From Haliotis rufescens (Eukaryota), in assembly GCF_023055435.1 (NCBI RefSeq), contig NW_025964372.1, positions 7,626,001 to 7,690,000 on the forward strand: a stretch of 64,000 nucleotides of DNA, written 5' to 3'. Below, in pieces: positions 1 through 11,499 of the stretch. Each line of letters starts with the position of its first letter. Positions within the stretch are counted from its first letter, which is position 1. Under the pieces are notes generated by a model. The model saw nothing but the letters and a program-made list of their open reading frames with translations, was not told the origin of the DNA and ran no database searches. Made by a program: the position numbers and the translations under genes.

Positions 1-590
1 TCCTCATACTTATTCTAACCCTCCTCCTGGATTGCAAAAGATTCGAGCAACGACCATTCTCCAGCTGCTTTTGGTCGTGCCTTATTGGCCGTCTTGGGTG
101 TAGTTTCAGGAGCTCATACCACTGTCCATTGGTAATCAACAAGAGTAGAAACTGGACTTTTACAGTCAGTTAACACCCTTGCCTAGAGCAAATGTCTTTT
201 AGACTGTAGGAAATTCATGAAAATAGTGAAATTCTCAGGTCTGAATGCAGTGAACTTGGAAATTGTTTGCTCAAACTAATATTTCTCAATTACGCCTCGA
301 ACAGTCACTCATGAGGTTACAATCTCAACAAACAGATACTTTGAACTTCTGTTGAAGGTTGTTCACTGGATGACAAGATGTGAATAGCCGTATACAGATT
401 TTCCCCCAAATAAAATACTGGAGCACACTCTCAAGTTTTTTGTCTTTTTAGTTTCTTTAATATTGAAAATAACTAAAAATACAATATTTCAATTCATTAT
501 AAAGTGGTGTAGCCAATATTTTGGTGGTGCAAGTTGATTAATACACTTGGTTGCACCTGTTGAAAGTGGTTCACTTGTACCCTGCAGCTA

Positions 591-1587
591 GTGAGGTGCT
601 TGTGGGGGGCCATGTTGTAATCTATGCCTGTTTCCCTGACAGTTTGTTGTTGGTGAGATGCTTGTGGGGGGCCATGTTGTAATCTATGCCTGTTTCCCTG
701 ACAGTTTGTTGTTGGTGAGGTGCTTGTGGGGGGCCATGTTGTAATCTATGCCTGTTTCCCTGACAGTTTGTTGTTGGTGAGATGCTTGTGGGGGGCCATG
801 TTGTAATCTATGCCTGTTTCCCTGACATTTTGTTGTTGGTGAGATGCTTGTGGGGGGCCATGTTGTAATCTATGCCTGTTTCCCTGACAGTTTGTTGTTG
901 GTGAGATGCTTGTGGGGGGCCATGTTGTAATCTATGCCTGTTTCCCTGACATTTTGTTGTTGGTGAGATGCTTGTGGGGGGCCATGTTGTAATCTATGCC
1001 TGTTTCCCTGACAGTTTGTTGTTGGTGAGATGCTTGTGGGGGGCCATGTTGTAATCTATTCCTGTTTCCCTGACAGTTTGTTGTTGGTGAGGTGCTTGTG
1101 GGGGGCCATGTTGTAATCTATGCCTGTTTCCCTGACAGTTTGTTGTTGGTGAGATGCTTGTGGGGGGCCATGTTGTAATCTATGCCTGTTTCCCTGACAT
1201 TTTGTTGTTGGTGAGATGCTTGTGGGGGGCCATGTTGTAATCTATGCCTGTTTCCCTGACAGTTTGTTGTTGGTGAGATGCTTGTGGGGGGCCATGTTGT
1301 AATCTATGCCTGTTTCCCTGACAGTTTGTTGTTGGTGAGATGCTTGTGGGGGGCCATGTTGTAATCTATGCCTGTTTCCCTGACAGTTTGTTGTTGGTGA
1401 GGTGCTTGTGGGGGGCCATGTTGTAATCTATGCCTGTTTCCCTGACAGTTTGTTGTTGGTGAGGTGCTTGTGGGGGGCCATGTTGTAATCTATGCCTGTT
1501 TCCCTGACAGTTTGTTGTTGGTGAGGTGCTTGTGGGGGGCCATGTTGTAATCTATGCCTGTTTCCCTGACAGTTTGTTGTTGGTGAG
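591..1587 (+). repeat. 62-bp minisatellite x16 spanning the CRAT 3' splice site
   Basis: Unit gtgcttgtggggggccatgttgtaatctatgcctgtttccctgacagtttgttgttggtgag. The last copy supplies the real acceptor. Confidence 0.95.
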
Positions 1588-1673
1588 AAGGGAGTGTGTG
1601 GCCTGAACTACGAACACACCACAGCGGAAGGGCCTCCCATCGCGGCCATCATGGACCATGTGCTCACATTCTG
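1573..1673 (+). CDS. CRAT: Carnitine O-acetyltransferase, internal exon with the catalytic His
   Basis: AG at 1571-72, GT at 1674. Translates FVVGEKGVCGLNYEHTTAEGPPIAAIMDHVLTF; YEHxxAEG is the CRAT active-site motif. Upstream exons lie outside the window. Confidence 0.93.
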
Positions 1674-1891
1674 GTCAGTCAGTCAGTCACGCGTCTCAGG
1701 ACCTTGGAAATTTTAAGTGAAACTTGAAGGAAGAATATTTGAAGATGTGTGGGCATTGGTTCAGAATTTAATGTGAACCTCTCTGAACCACAAAGAACTC
1801 AATCATCATGCCAATAAGTTATATTACAAAATTGTCTGAATTTGTTATCGTAATCAAATGGGGTAAAAAGAAGGATATTTTCACTTTTTGA

Positions 1892-2161
1892 TTGGTTTGT
1901 TTTGTTTGTTGTTTAAAACCGCACTCAGCAATATTCCAGCTATATGATGGCGATCTGTAAATAATTGTGTCTGGACCAGTGAATGCAGTGATTGACATCA
2001 TGAGCATCGAACCACGGAATTGGGATAAGATGACATGCATCAACCAAGTCAGCGAGCCTGACCAGCCAATCCCGTTAGTCGCCTCTTATAACAAGCACAG
2101 TCGCCTTTTACAGCAAGCATGAGTTGCTGAAGACCTATTCTACCCTGGATCTTCACTGGTC
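1892..2161 (-). mobile_element. SINE family A (AAAC tail)
   Basis: Reverse complement of the recurrent GACCCGTGAAGA...GTAAGAGGCGACTAACGGGAT...GCTGGAATATTGCTGAGTGCGGCGTTAAACAACAAAC element. Confidence 0.85.
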
Positions 2162-2345
2162 TCAGTATCTGAGTATTTAGATAGAAAGGCTAGATATGCA
2201 GGCAAAAGCTCTTCTTTCTATATCATGTATTTCGTAGCTTAAGGTCAAAAAGCACTTCATTTACAAGAATCTGTATAAAACCTACTTCTGTGACCAGTGA
2301 CAACACTGAACCTGTGTGATGATGTGAGTGTTCTGTTGGTGGCAG

Positions 2346-2462
2346 TGAGAAGAATGAGACGGGGCTGAAGGCGGGGGGCATGACAGACGTGCGGAAGATG
2401 GAGCTCAACTACTCCAAGGAGGTGCTCAAGGACATTGAGGAGGCCAAAGTGCAAGCAGACAG
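2346..2462 (+). CDS. CRAT: CRAT internal exon
   Basis: ggcag|...|gtaatg, phase 2/2. (C)EKNETGLKAGGMTDVRKMELNYSKEVLKDIEEAKVQAD, in frame with both neighbours. Confidence 0.88.
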
Positions 2463-3034
2463 GTAATGCAGCACTTGTTGGGGAACTCATCAACCGTCAA
2501 ATGGTAGAACAATTCATAGCTGTGTGTGTCAGCCAGTTTGCTCATGGTGGTATTGATCGGGACAACTGTGCTTATAACATGTGTTCCTAGTGACCTGGGC
2601 CTCGTTCAACAAAGCGATATCTGGCTAAGTTGATCGTAACTCCCATCCTTTAACATTGCCTTATGATAGTCCTAGTGCTGAGATCGCTTTATGGAAACGG
2701 ATCACAGCAAGCACCGTAGTAATTGTGGCATAAAGGAGATTTTTTTTGATACTATGAGAACAGTGACCAGTGTAAGCTGATTCATGACCGGCGAATAATA
2801 TTGTTATGATAAAATATGTTTGACAAATTTGTTTTTAAACATAACTTTGTATTCATGACCCAATTGTATATATTTCACTTTTTTCTTGTCGCTATATGGC
2901 TGAAATAATGCTGATGCGATGTTAATAACTCACACACTCATGACCGGCGACCCCATAAGTGTGACATTCAGCCCAGATGTATTTCAAATTACATAGAACA
3001 AATACAGGGACATTGACTGAAGACCCTCGGTGAC

Positions 3035-3560
3035 CATCTTCCCGAGGCAAGAGAGTTAACTGACTTTAAAAGTCCAGTTTCCACCCTTGCCGAACTAGGC
3101 TGGAATTCCTGGGCTCGATCGTAGCGCCACCAGTGGCTATTACGAGTTATGTCCTTTCTATGCCTCTCCTATTGACCAATCAGATTCAACCTCTCGTATC
3201 ACTTGCATTTGCTTCAAACAAAACGGTGGCGCCCAGTCAAGACAATCTGATCGATAATCAAGATCTATATTGTGATGAAACGAGTCTCACATTGCGAAGT
3301 GCATCAAATCACGTGAGCACCTTGATTAAAAGCATGAAAAGATTTAGAAGTTAGCGGTGCACATGCTTTACAAATCCTGCAGTCGACCGAAATCTGCATG
3401 ACACTTTACGAACCAGATTTCGATTTCAGTGCGTGATTTTGATTGGACTATGCATAGACTCGTTAGTCCAGCCAAAATGTAGCTCCATAATACCAGCCTA
3501 GTTCGGCAGGGTGGAAACTGGACTTTTATAGTCAATTAACTCACTTGCCTCGGGAAGATG
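3035..3560. mobile_element. Mutator-like MITE
   Basis: ~70-bp TIRs CATCTTCCCGAGGCAAG...CTTGCCTCGGGAAGATG and a perfect 9-bp TSD CTCGGTGAC (3026-3034, 3561-3569). Confidence 0.88.
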
Positions 3561-3660
3561 CTCGGTGACATGCAGTGATATACTACTCAACTTTTGATAG
3601 GGATAATCAGATATGTCATTCTGTTTAGATGTACACTGGACAGATTAAAGTGCAGTAGTG

Positions 3661-3875
3661 TATTTCACGGACAATAACATACACCCATTCAGCTTGTTCA
3701 GGGTATTTCACGGACAATAACATACACCCATTCAGCTTGTTCAGGGTATTTCACGGACAATAACATACACCCATTCAGCTTGTTCAGGGTATTTCACGGA
3801 CAATGACATACACCCATTCAGCTTGTTCAGGGTATTTCACGGACAATGACATACACCCATTCAGCTTGTACAGGG
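3661..3875 (+). repeat. 43-bp minisatellite x5
   Basis: Unit tatttcacggacaataacatacacccattcagcttgttcaggg. Confidence 0.9.
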
Positions 3876-3944
3876 TTTATCATGGTTATGAACTGACTCT
3901 GGCATCAGCGGATGCCATGGACGTTGTCGGTAGTCTCTCTACAT

Positions 3945-4140
3945 TGTTTTGTTTGTTGTTCAATGCCGCACTCAGCAATATTCCAGCTATATGATGGCGA
4001 TCTGTAAATAATCTAGTCTGGACCAGACAATCCAGTGATTGATATTACCAGCATCGATCCACACACCTGGGATACAATGACATGCATCAACCAAGTCGCC
4101 AAGCCCAACCACCTAATCCTGCTAGTCACCTCTTACGACA
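3945..4140 (-). mobile_element. SINE family A, 5'-truncated
   Basis: Same body and tail as the other copies. Confidence 0.8.
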
Positions 4141-4624
4141 TTATTCAATCATTGTGTGGATATTCACTGAATTTATGGAATTATGTTATACGGAATTTGT
4201 GAAGTTTGAAATTAAAGACAATATTAATTAGATAATTTAAGAGTTCACACATAGGTTAAACCACATGTTTTTGTTTTGTTTTGTTTGTTTGTTTGTTTGT
4301 TTGTTTGTTGCTGAACGCCACACTCAGCAATATTCCAGCTATATGACAGCGGATTGTGTATGGGTTGTCGAAGATCTTCACGGGTGTAAACCAGAAATCG
4401 GTATATAACACAGAACCCCAAACATGCCTCTCCTACATCCAGGTCACCCATGCCCAGAGTTATCTGCCCTTGGTCCCGACTACCGTCTCAGCACTCAGCT
4501 TGATATTCAGACAGGGGACGGACGGGTGGGCCTGGATAAGTATCCTGTCATCAGTCATTTGCTGCCACTGCCATCAGCAGTAACAAACTAACAACAGCCT
4601 GAAAGCTGAAAGTCGGGGGTTGTT

Positions 4625-4880
4625 TCCCTGCCTGGGGCTCGGCATTAAGGGGCTAAAACAAGGACTGGGTAGGCTTGGAGTCAGTATGCTGTGTCTGAAT
4701 AGAGTATTCATGTTAAACTGTGGCATGGTATCTCAGTGGCTAGCACTATGAAATCGGCTAGACTTAGTAGACTAGTACAAGCACACACTAGTACACACAC
4801 ACACACACACACACATGCATGCACGTTGCTTTGTTAGTGCAATAATCATGGACGCGTTGTTAAACCTCATTTCACCTCCC
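4625..4880 (+). mobile_element. SINE family D (3' part)
   Basis: ggcattaaggggctaaaacaaggactgg...gctagcactat...gttaaacc...ttcacctc, also at 42195-42423. Confidence 0.7.
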
Positions 4881-4917
4881 CTCCCCATGAGTGCTTATGG
4901 TATGTGGTGTCTTCCAG

Positions 4918-5040
4918 CATGGCAAATGATGTGGACATGAGAGGGGTGACCTACGACAGGTACGGCAAGAACTTCGCCAAGTCCCAGCGACTCAGCCCTG
5001 ATGGTTACATCCAGGTGGCCATGCAGCTGGCATACTTCAG
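4918..5040 (+). CDS. CRAT: CRAT internal exon
   Basis: ttccag|...|gtaggt. MANDVDMRGVTYDRYGKNFAKSQRLSPDGYIQVAMQLAYF matches the family motif GKxxxKxxxxSPDxxIQxAxQLAY. Confidence 0.95.
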
Positions 5041-5057
5041 GTAGGTCGAGAGCATAA

Positions 5058-5328
5058 GGTTGGTTGTTTGGTTGGTTGGTTGTTTAAAGCCACACTCAGC
5101 AATATTCCAGCTATGTGACGGACGTCTGTAAATAATCAACTCTGGAACACAGTCCAGTGATTGATGTCATGAGCATCGATCTATGCATTTGGGATACGAT
5201 GACTACATCAAACAAGTCAGCAAGCCTGACCTCCCTTTTCCGCTACTAGCCTCTTGTGACATATATAGTCACCTCTTGCAGCAAGCATGAGTTGCTGAAG
5301 ACATGTTCTCTGCCCAGATCTTCAGGGC
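5058..5328 (-). mobile_element. SINE family A
   Basis: Same body and tail as the other copies. Confidence 0.8.
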
Positions 5329-5592
5329 ATGGAGGCTACATGTTGTACATATCAGAATGCCTTGTACTTGATGGAAACCAGGCAGAGAAAAGGATTGTTT
5401 GGCCCCATTTACAGACAAGAAAGATGTCTCTTGGCAATTGCCTGCCTGTAACATTTACGACCCCAAAATTCAGCTCCTTAATTAATGTTTTAAATGTATT
5501 GGAGTGGTCATACACAGATGATCAGTGAAGCTTGCATTGTAGTAGCTCTGTTGGCATCAAGTGTATTGTAAATGTATATTGCCACAACCCAG

Positions 5593-5791
5593 ATTGTATG
5601 GCAAGCCGTGTGCCACGTACGAGACAGCATCGCTGCGTCGGTTCCTGCATGGCCGCACCGACACCATCAGATCCTGCTCCATCGACTCCTTCAACTTCAC
5701 CAAGGCCATGCTGGACAGCTCTGTGTCACAGGAGGTCAAGGTCGACCTCTTCAAGAAGGCTGTCCTGGCTCACAGGAAGTACACTGATGAG
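5593..5791 (+). CDS. CRAT: CRAT internal exon
   Basis: cccag|...|gtcagc. LYGKPCATYETASLRRFLHGRTDTIRSC...HRKYTDE carries the TYExASxRxFxxGRTDTIRS motif. Confidence 0.95.
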
Positions 5792-6110
5792 GTCAGCAAT
5801 GATTGTTTACATGTGATTCTCTTCTGTTTAGAAAAAGGCTTTCTACTCGTTTCCTCTTCTGCTTTACGTTACAAGGAGATCATATGTAAATTTTGGGTGG
5901 ATGTGCAATTTGTGTTGCGATATTGGATAAAGAGATGGTGTGCAATTTCTGTTGTGGTGTAGAAGTGGTATAGGAAAATATACAACTCTATGGATAGTAA
6001 CTTCTAGAATGCCAATCAAACATTGATTGTTGCTATTCTGGTTATTGAAAAACTTGATTTAAATGACACTGAAAGATCTTTGAACACGACATGTATTTAC
6101 CTGTAGATTT

Positions 6111-6340
6111 GACCCATGACGAGGGGTAGAATAGGTCTTCAGCAGCCAGTGCTTACCATAAGAGGCGACTATGCTTGTCGTAAGAGGCGACTAACAGGAT
6201 CGGGTGGTCAAACGTATCCAAACTGGGTGGATCAATGATGTCAATCACTGGATTGTCTGGTCCAGACTTGATTATTTACAGACTGCCGTTATATTGTCGG
6301 AATATTGCTGAGTTGCAGCGTTAAACAACAAACAAACAAA
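6111..6340 (+). mobile_element. SINE family A
   Basis: gacccatgac...ttaaacaacaaacaaacaaa. Confidence 0.8.
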
Positions 6341-6447
6341 TTTTGTAGTACTCCTTAGATATGTAAACCAATATTGATCTGAACTGCATTGCCATGGGTA
6401 CAGAACGATGTACCCCAAACTGTACTGCAAGAGAATGTATGTTTCAG

Positions 6448-6585
6448 GCTATTAACGGCAATGGAATTGACCGCCACCTCCTGGGGTGGAAGCTAGCAGC
6501 AGTGGAGGCAGGCCAGAACATCCCTGACCTCCACATGGATGGATCTTACGCCACCAGCCTGTACTTTAAGGTTTCCACTAGCCAG
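6448..6585 (+). CDS. CRAT: CRAT internal exon
   Basis: tttcag|...|gtagag. AINGNGIDRHLLGWKLAAVEAGQNIPDLHMDGSYATSLYFKVSTSQ carries the GxDRHL and STS motifs. Confidence 0.95.
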
Positions 6586-6916
6586 GTAGAGTCTTGTCCT
6601 CCTTCATGCAGTAAGGTTGTAATAATACCGGTGTAGAACAAGTCCCTAGAAACCATGCTTTTCGAAAGTCTCCAATAGGATCAGCCATCTTCCTGAGGCA
6701 AGGCTGGAATTCCAGAGTTACAGTTTGGCTGGACTAACGAGTCTTTGCATAGTCAAACCAAAATCTAAAAGATAATATCCATAAAACTAGTCATCCAGTT
6801 TGTAAACAACATGACCAGGGTTGTTCTCTATCAGGCGTTGGTTTGCCTGGTCCAGACTTGATTATTTATACTTTTACATTGTGTGATATCAGTGTGTGTT
6901 GTATCGTGTCACTCAG

Positions 6917-7129
6917 GTTGGTGCCAAGCATGATGCTGTGATGGCGTTCGGTGCAGTTGTCCCCGACGGCTATGGCATCTGCTACAACCCTCAGAACACT
7001 AAGATCAACTTCTCTGTGTCGTCATACTTCAACAGTCCGGAGACCGACTCGAAACGCTTTGCCACAGCTCTGAAGGAGAGTCTGGATGACCTTCACACAT
7101 TACTGGGAGCCCCTCAAGCCAAGTTATAG
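6917..7129 (+). CDS. CRAT: CRAT last coding exon, ends in peroxisomal targeting signal AKL
   Basis: actcag|VGAKHDAVMAFGAVVPDGYGICYNP...GAPQAKL*. The Met before FGxVVPDGYG is the short-chain gate residue of CRAT (Gly in CROT/CPT). Confidence 0.95.
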   Translation, partial: VGAKHDAVMAFGAVVPDGYGICYNPQNTKINFSVSSYFNSPETDSKRFATALKESLDDLHTLLGAPQAKL

Positions 7130-7328
7130 GCTGGTGTCGGATGTGTGTGACCTGAATGTGTGGTAGTTGTTCCAAGGCTTGTAGGATAGTTGTCCCTAAA
7201 CCCTAGCGTGTATGATTGTGAAACGACAGCGGAAATGTTGCTAGGAAGTGTAACACGAACGTCTGTCCTTGACACTCACCTGTTGCCCTTGTTTGTGTCC
7301 ATTTGCTAAAATAGATTCTACTTTTAGT

Positions 7329-7641
7329 CAGGGCTTGATTTAGCACAAGTGCAACCTAATATTTTTACATCTACTTGCACCCAGTGCTTGTCAATGTTTT
7401 TGAATTTGTGTCTGACCAACCCATATGACAACTGATCTTTGAACACTCAGGTCCTGTAAAGTTTATTTAACATACTACATCACTAATCCCTGGTTAAGAA
7501 TAATTTGTTATGTTTTCTTGGGTGTGATGTCATCAAACAGCACATGTTCCTACTACGTTTTATAGCAATGCTATTTTATAGCAGCAGACTGGCCTATGTT
7601 TCATGCCAGCATGCACCCGGTGCAAGTTAAATCAAGCCCTG
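7329..7641. mobile_element. hAT-like MITE in the CRAT 3' region
   Basis: TIRs CAGGGCTTGATTTA / TAAATCAAGCCCTG. A related end occurs near 63420-63465. Confidence 0.6.
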
Positions 7642-8609
7642 AATTTATTGTGTGTATGGTGTGGGTAATTCTTGAAATATCAGATATTGTTTTGTATTGC
7701 AAGATGTCTTGTAACCAAAAGTTCTGATATGTTAGGTAAGTGTTGTACTCTTTAACGATGAGCTACTCAGTTTAATTAAGTTACCATGGTTATATGACAA
7801 TCCATTACTTGTTTTTAGAAATGAATTTCATGTTCAGTGACCATAATGGTCAGGATGTATGCAAAACTGGATCCCTCAGTTAAGAAGAATTACCTTTTCT
7901 CATGACAATGTTAAAGTTGATTCTCAATACACCCACCCACCACTGTATTAAGGCTGAAGGTGTGTGGCATTGTTGCTCAACGAAATTCTGATACCTTTAT
8001 TTTGTAGTCATGTGAAAGAGAAACAATGTCAGTTGTTGAAGCAGGGTTTCATATGTTATGGACTCCCCGGGTGAAGGTAGGAATGAAACAGTCACCCAAT
8101 CCCTCCAGAGGAAGGGAATTCCTGTCCTTTGTTGTTACATGTATTAACATGTAGTGAGCGTCGTGGGACAGCAGTCTGTGAATGTACAGGTTGTACCACT
8201 CCCCAAATTGCAAGCATAATACGTGCATGTGATGGAGTCTCATCAGAACTGCAGAATGTTCTTGCATAATTAGGTAATGTTTTCTTTCATATCTGTACAT
8301 ATGTGGCTACAAGAAAGTATATTTGCATGTTCCCCTCCTGTGTATTGCATCTCATACCACCTGTATGATAATGCTGCTGTCAGTGCTCGATTCTTCAATG
8401 CAGTGTTCCTCATTTATATCACTGTTAAATGGGAGGCATCCCTAAAGAAATGGACAGCTGGATGGGTTTTCACATGAACAATGGCATGGAATTGGGTTTC
8501 TTTTAGTTTTTGATAGTCAATGTCTGCAGAAGATAGAACTGAAAACCCATGTCCCTGCTCTGTGTGGCACCAGTACATGTTGTACTGTGTCTGTCTGCAG
8601 GCCGTGTTT

Positions 8610-8772
8610 GTGAGTGAGTGAGTGAGTATGGTTTAACGCCGCTTTTAGCAATATTCCAGCGATATCACGGCGGGGGACACCTTAAATGGGCTTCACACAT
8701 GTCGGGAATCGAACCTGGGTCTTCAGTGTGACGAGCAAACGCTTTAACCACTAGGCTACCCGACCGCCACCC
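8610..8772 (-). mobile_element. Short tRNA-derived SINE family C
   Basis: Minus strand GGTAGCCTAGTGGTTAAAGCG...GGTTCGATTCCC...GCGGCGTTAAACCATACTCACTCAC. Degenerate copy at ~51940-52065. Confidence 0.75.
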
Positions 8773-10144
8773 GTGTTTGTGTAGCCATACTTCCAGTCCA
8801 GACCGATTCCCTTTGTTGTAGGTGATGTCCTGCATCATTGTGATACCTACTGAGTTGTACAGACCTGGCAACATTCCCCTGGGTCTGTGCAGGAACGGTT
8901 GTGTGTTTGTTGATGACCACTTTATCAGAGGTCTTATTGACTGGTGACAGTGATCACCATCATTGTTTTGCCAAATAATATTTTTTGCAATGAAACAGTT
9001 TAAAAAACAACTTCTTATGCTTCAAAGAAGCTAACACCATCGTCTTAGCTTAGAGGGCAATCATTAATGTGTCCTTTGTCTTGGTTCTCTACCTTCTGAC
9101 ACTGGGCAGAATATCCTCAGTTCCTCGGGAGTGAAGAGCTGACTCATTGAAGAAGTTGTGATGTGTCTTGATAGTGTGGGTTGTTGCTCATGCTGTCAAC
9201 CATTGGTTTGGTTGACCCAGATTTATCTATATGAAGGGTGCCTTGATATAGCTGGAATACTGCTCTGATCAACTCCTCCACGCTACTCATCATCAGGAGG
9301 CTTCTCATGGAGAGAGTATCGTTTTATGTAAAGAACGTCCACATAGCCTGTTTATTTTGTAAAGTGCCTTATTAATTAACTTTTAATTGTCAGTGCAATC
9401 ACTCACAACATCAAGTTTGTTGAATGTTATATAGCAGCAATATACATGTTCATAAAGTGTTTTGTGCACCTCCTGTAACAGTGTATGTACACAGATTACG
9501 TGTGCACACCCCACAGATTTATGTAGACTAGCTCAGTGCCCATACTCACCCCAAGTCTGCAGCAAATGTCAGTCAAAACTCCCGATTTGAGTTAAAAATT
9601 CCCGATTCCTGAGAATTTAAGAAAAAAAAAGCATGTAGTTTCCCAGTTTGACTGCCAAGGGCACAGAGTTTGAAATCCTAAATAAATCCCTGACCCAGGG
9701 TGAGACTTGCTGTGATGATATCAATCAGGTTTAATAACCATTCTCCATAAAACCCTTCCCATCAAAACGTAATGAGATGCTTTTGTAATGAGGCAAAAGA
9801 GTTGCTTCCGGCATTGAAATAGTGTTGAGCACTGGATCCCGGAAGTATTTATCACTAGCGTTGTTGGAAACCCCTGTTGTCCCAGTGAAGCAGAGGGGAT
9901 GACAGTGACTGAAAGCAGATGGTCTTGTATGGTTGTGACTGCACTGGTTCATGGCAAGGTGGTATATATGTCTGAGTGTTATCTGTTGAGGATATGGTTT
10001 GTTAACTTGGGACACAAGTCGTTTCTGACTTGCTGCCTGAAAACAACTGAATCAGGCATCTGTTTATTATAATGTATAATGAAATAATATATAAGCAGAA
10101 CCCGATTCATGGTGTGTTAGCATGCAGTTTTAGTTCAGTTTTAT

Positions 10145-10150
10145 AATAAA
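10145..10150 (+). terminator. Possible CRAT poly(A) signal (another AATAAA at 9681)
   Basis: AATAAA followed by GT/T-rich sequence; would imply a ~3 kb 3'UTR. Not verifiable from sequence alone. Confidence 0.3.
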
Positions 10151-10257
10151 CAGGATTGAACTATGTGTTTGTGTTATTAATATACTTGATGACTTGAAAC
10201 AGATCATATCAAATAGTCTGTTTAAAACAAGTAAACAGAAATAGGCCATGTCAAAGT

Positions 10258-11089
10258 AGGTCATGCTTGTCATAAGAGGCGACTAACGGGATCAGGTGGT
10301 CTGGCTCGCTGACTTGGTTGATGCATGTCATTGTATCCCAATTACGTGGATCGATTATTATGATGTCAATCACTGTATTTTATGGTCCAGACTCGATTAT
10401 TTACAGACCACCGTCATATAAACAACTTGCCAAAGCAACCCTCAGTCTGTGGCGACCTGATATGGTGGGCAGCATGGGCAACCTGGTTGTGAGTCATCGG
10501 ATGGCGTGGGAGGTTGCTTGTAATATCAATCACTGGTTTGTCTTGTCCAGACTTGTGTCATACAGCTGGAATATTATTCAGTGTGGCCTTAAAAACAAGA
10601 TGGTCAAAGGAACTACCAAAACTAACACTTGGTTGTGTAAATGAGGTCTGTTGGTTACATAGGAGTTGGTCTTCAGCAACCTATGCTTGTGGTAAGAGGA
10701 GACAAACAGATCGTGGGGGCAGGTTCGCTGACTCGGTTGATGCATGTCATCGTAACCCAATTGCATAGAACGATGCTCATGACGTCAGTCACTGGATTGT
10801 CTGGTCCAGACTCCAACTTTTACAGACCGCCTTAAACAACCAACCCAGGTTATCTTGTTTCCTTGTTTGTTGTTTAACACACTCAGCAATATTCCAGGTA
10901 TATGACCGCAGACTAAATAATTGAGTCTGAACCAGACAATCCAGTGATTGTACTCATGAGCATCCATCCACCCAACTGGAACACGATGACATGCATCAAC
11001 CAAGTCAGCGAGCCAGACTCTGGTTACTTGCCTGTTATGGCAAGCATGGGTTGCTGAAGACCTATTCTACCCCCCACCTTCATGGGTCC
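10258..11089. mobile_element. Cluster of SINE family A copies (+,+,+,-)
   Basis: Copies at ~10258-10400, 10520-10600 and 10665-10845 (+), and 10862-11089 (-). The last two are tail-to-tail. Confidence 0.8.
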
Positions 11090-11499
11090 CCTGGTGATCA
11101 GCTGTAGTAGTTAATGATGGGATATGCTGCTTGAGTACTTTTGATAGCCGTTCTGGGGTCGAATTAGAGGATATTATATTCGGGACTCGGTAGTGGGGTA
11201 CGCGGGACGCAAATAAAATCGTATTTGGTACTCAGATTGAATATTTAACTTCAAACCGCATCCTTTTCTCAATGCTTTTGAGATTTGTCTTATAAGGAGT
11301 ATAAGGGATTCAAGGGTGAACAACGAGAGTGGAACATTAGATGGTATTCGGGGTTCAGTTGCAAACCCGATTACACTGTATTATGTGGAGTCCTGGTTGA
11401 AATAATGTCTGACTAGAACATATTTACTGTCATTATTAAATGTACAGACAACTATGGTTGACAAGCGCTTACATTAAACCTAAATTACACGTCATTAGT

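Noticed and set aside
591-1587. CRISPR-like appearance of regular repeats (also 57449-58016 and 62707-63237)
   Set aside because: No unique spacers, no cas genes, eukaryotic context.
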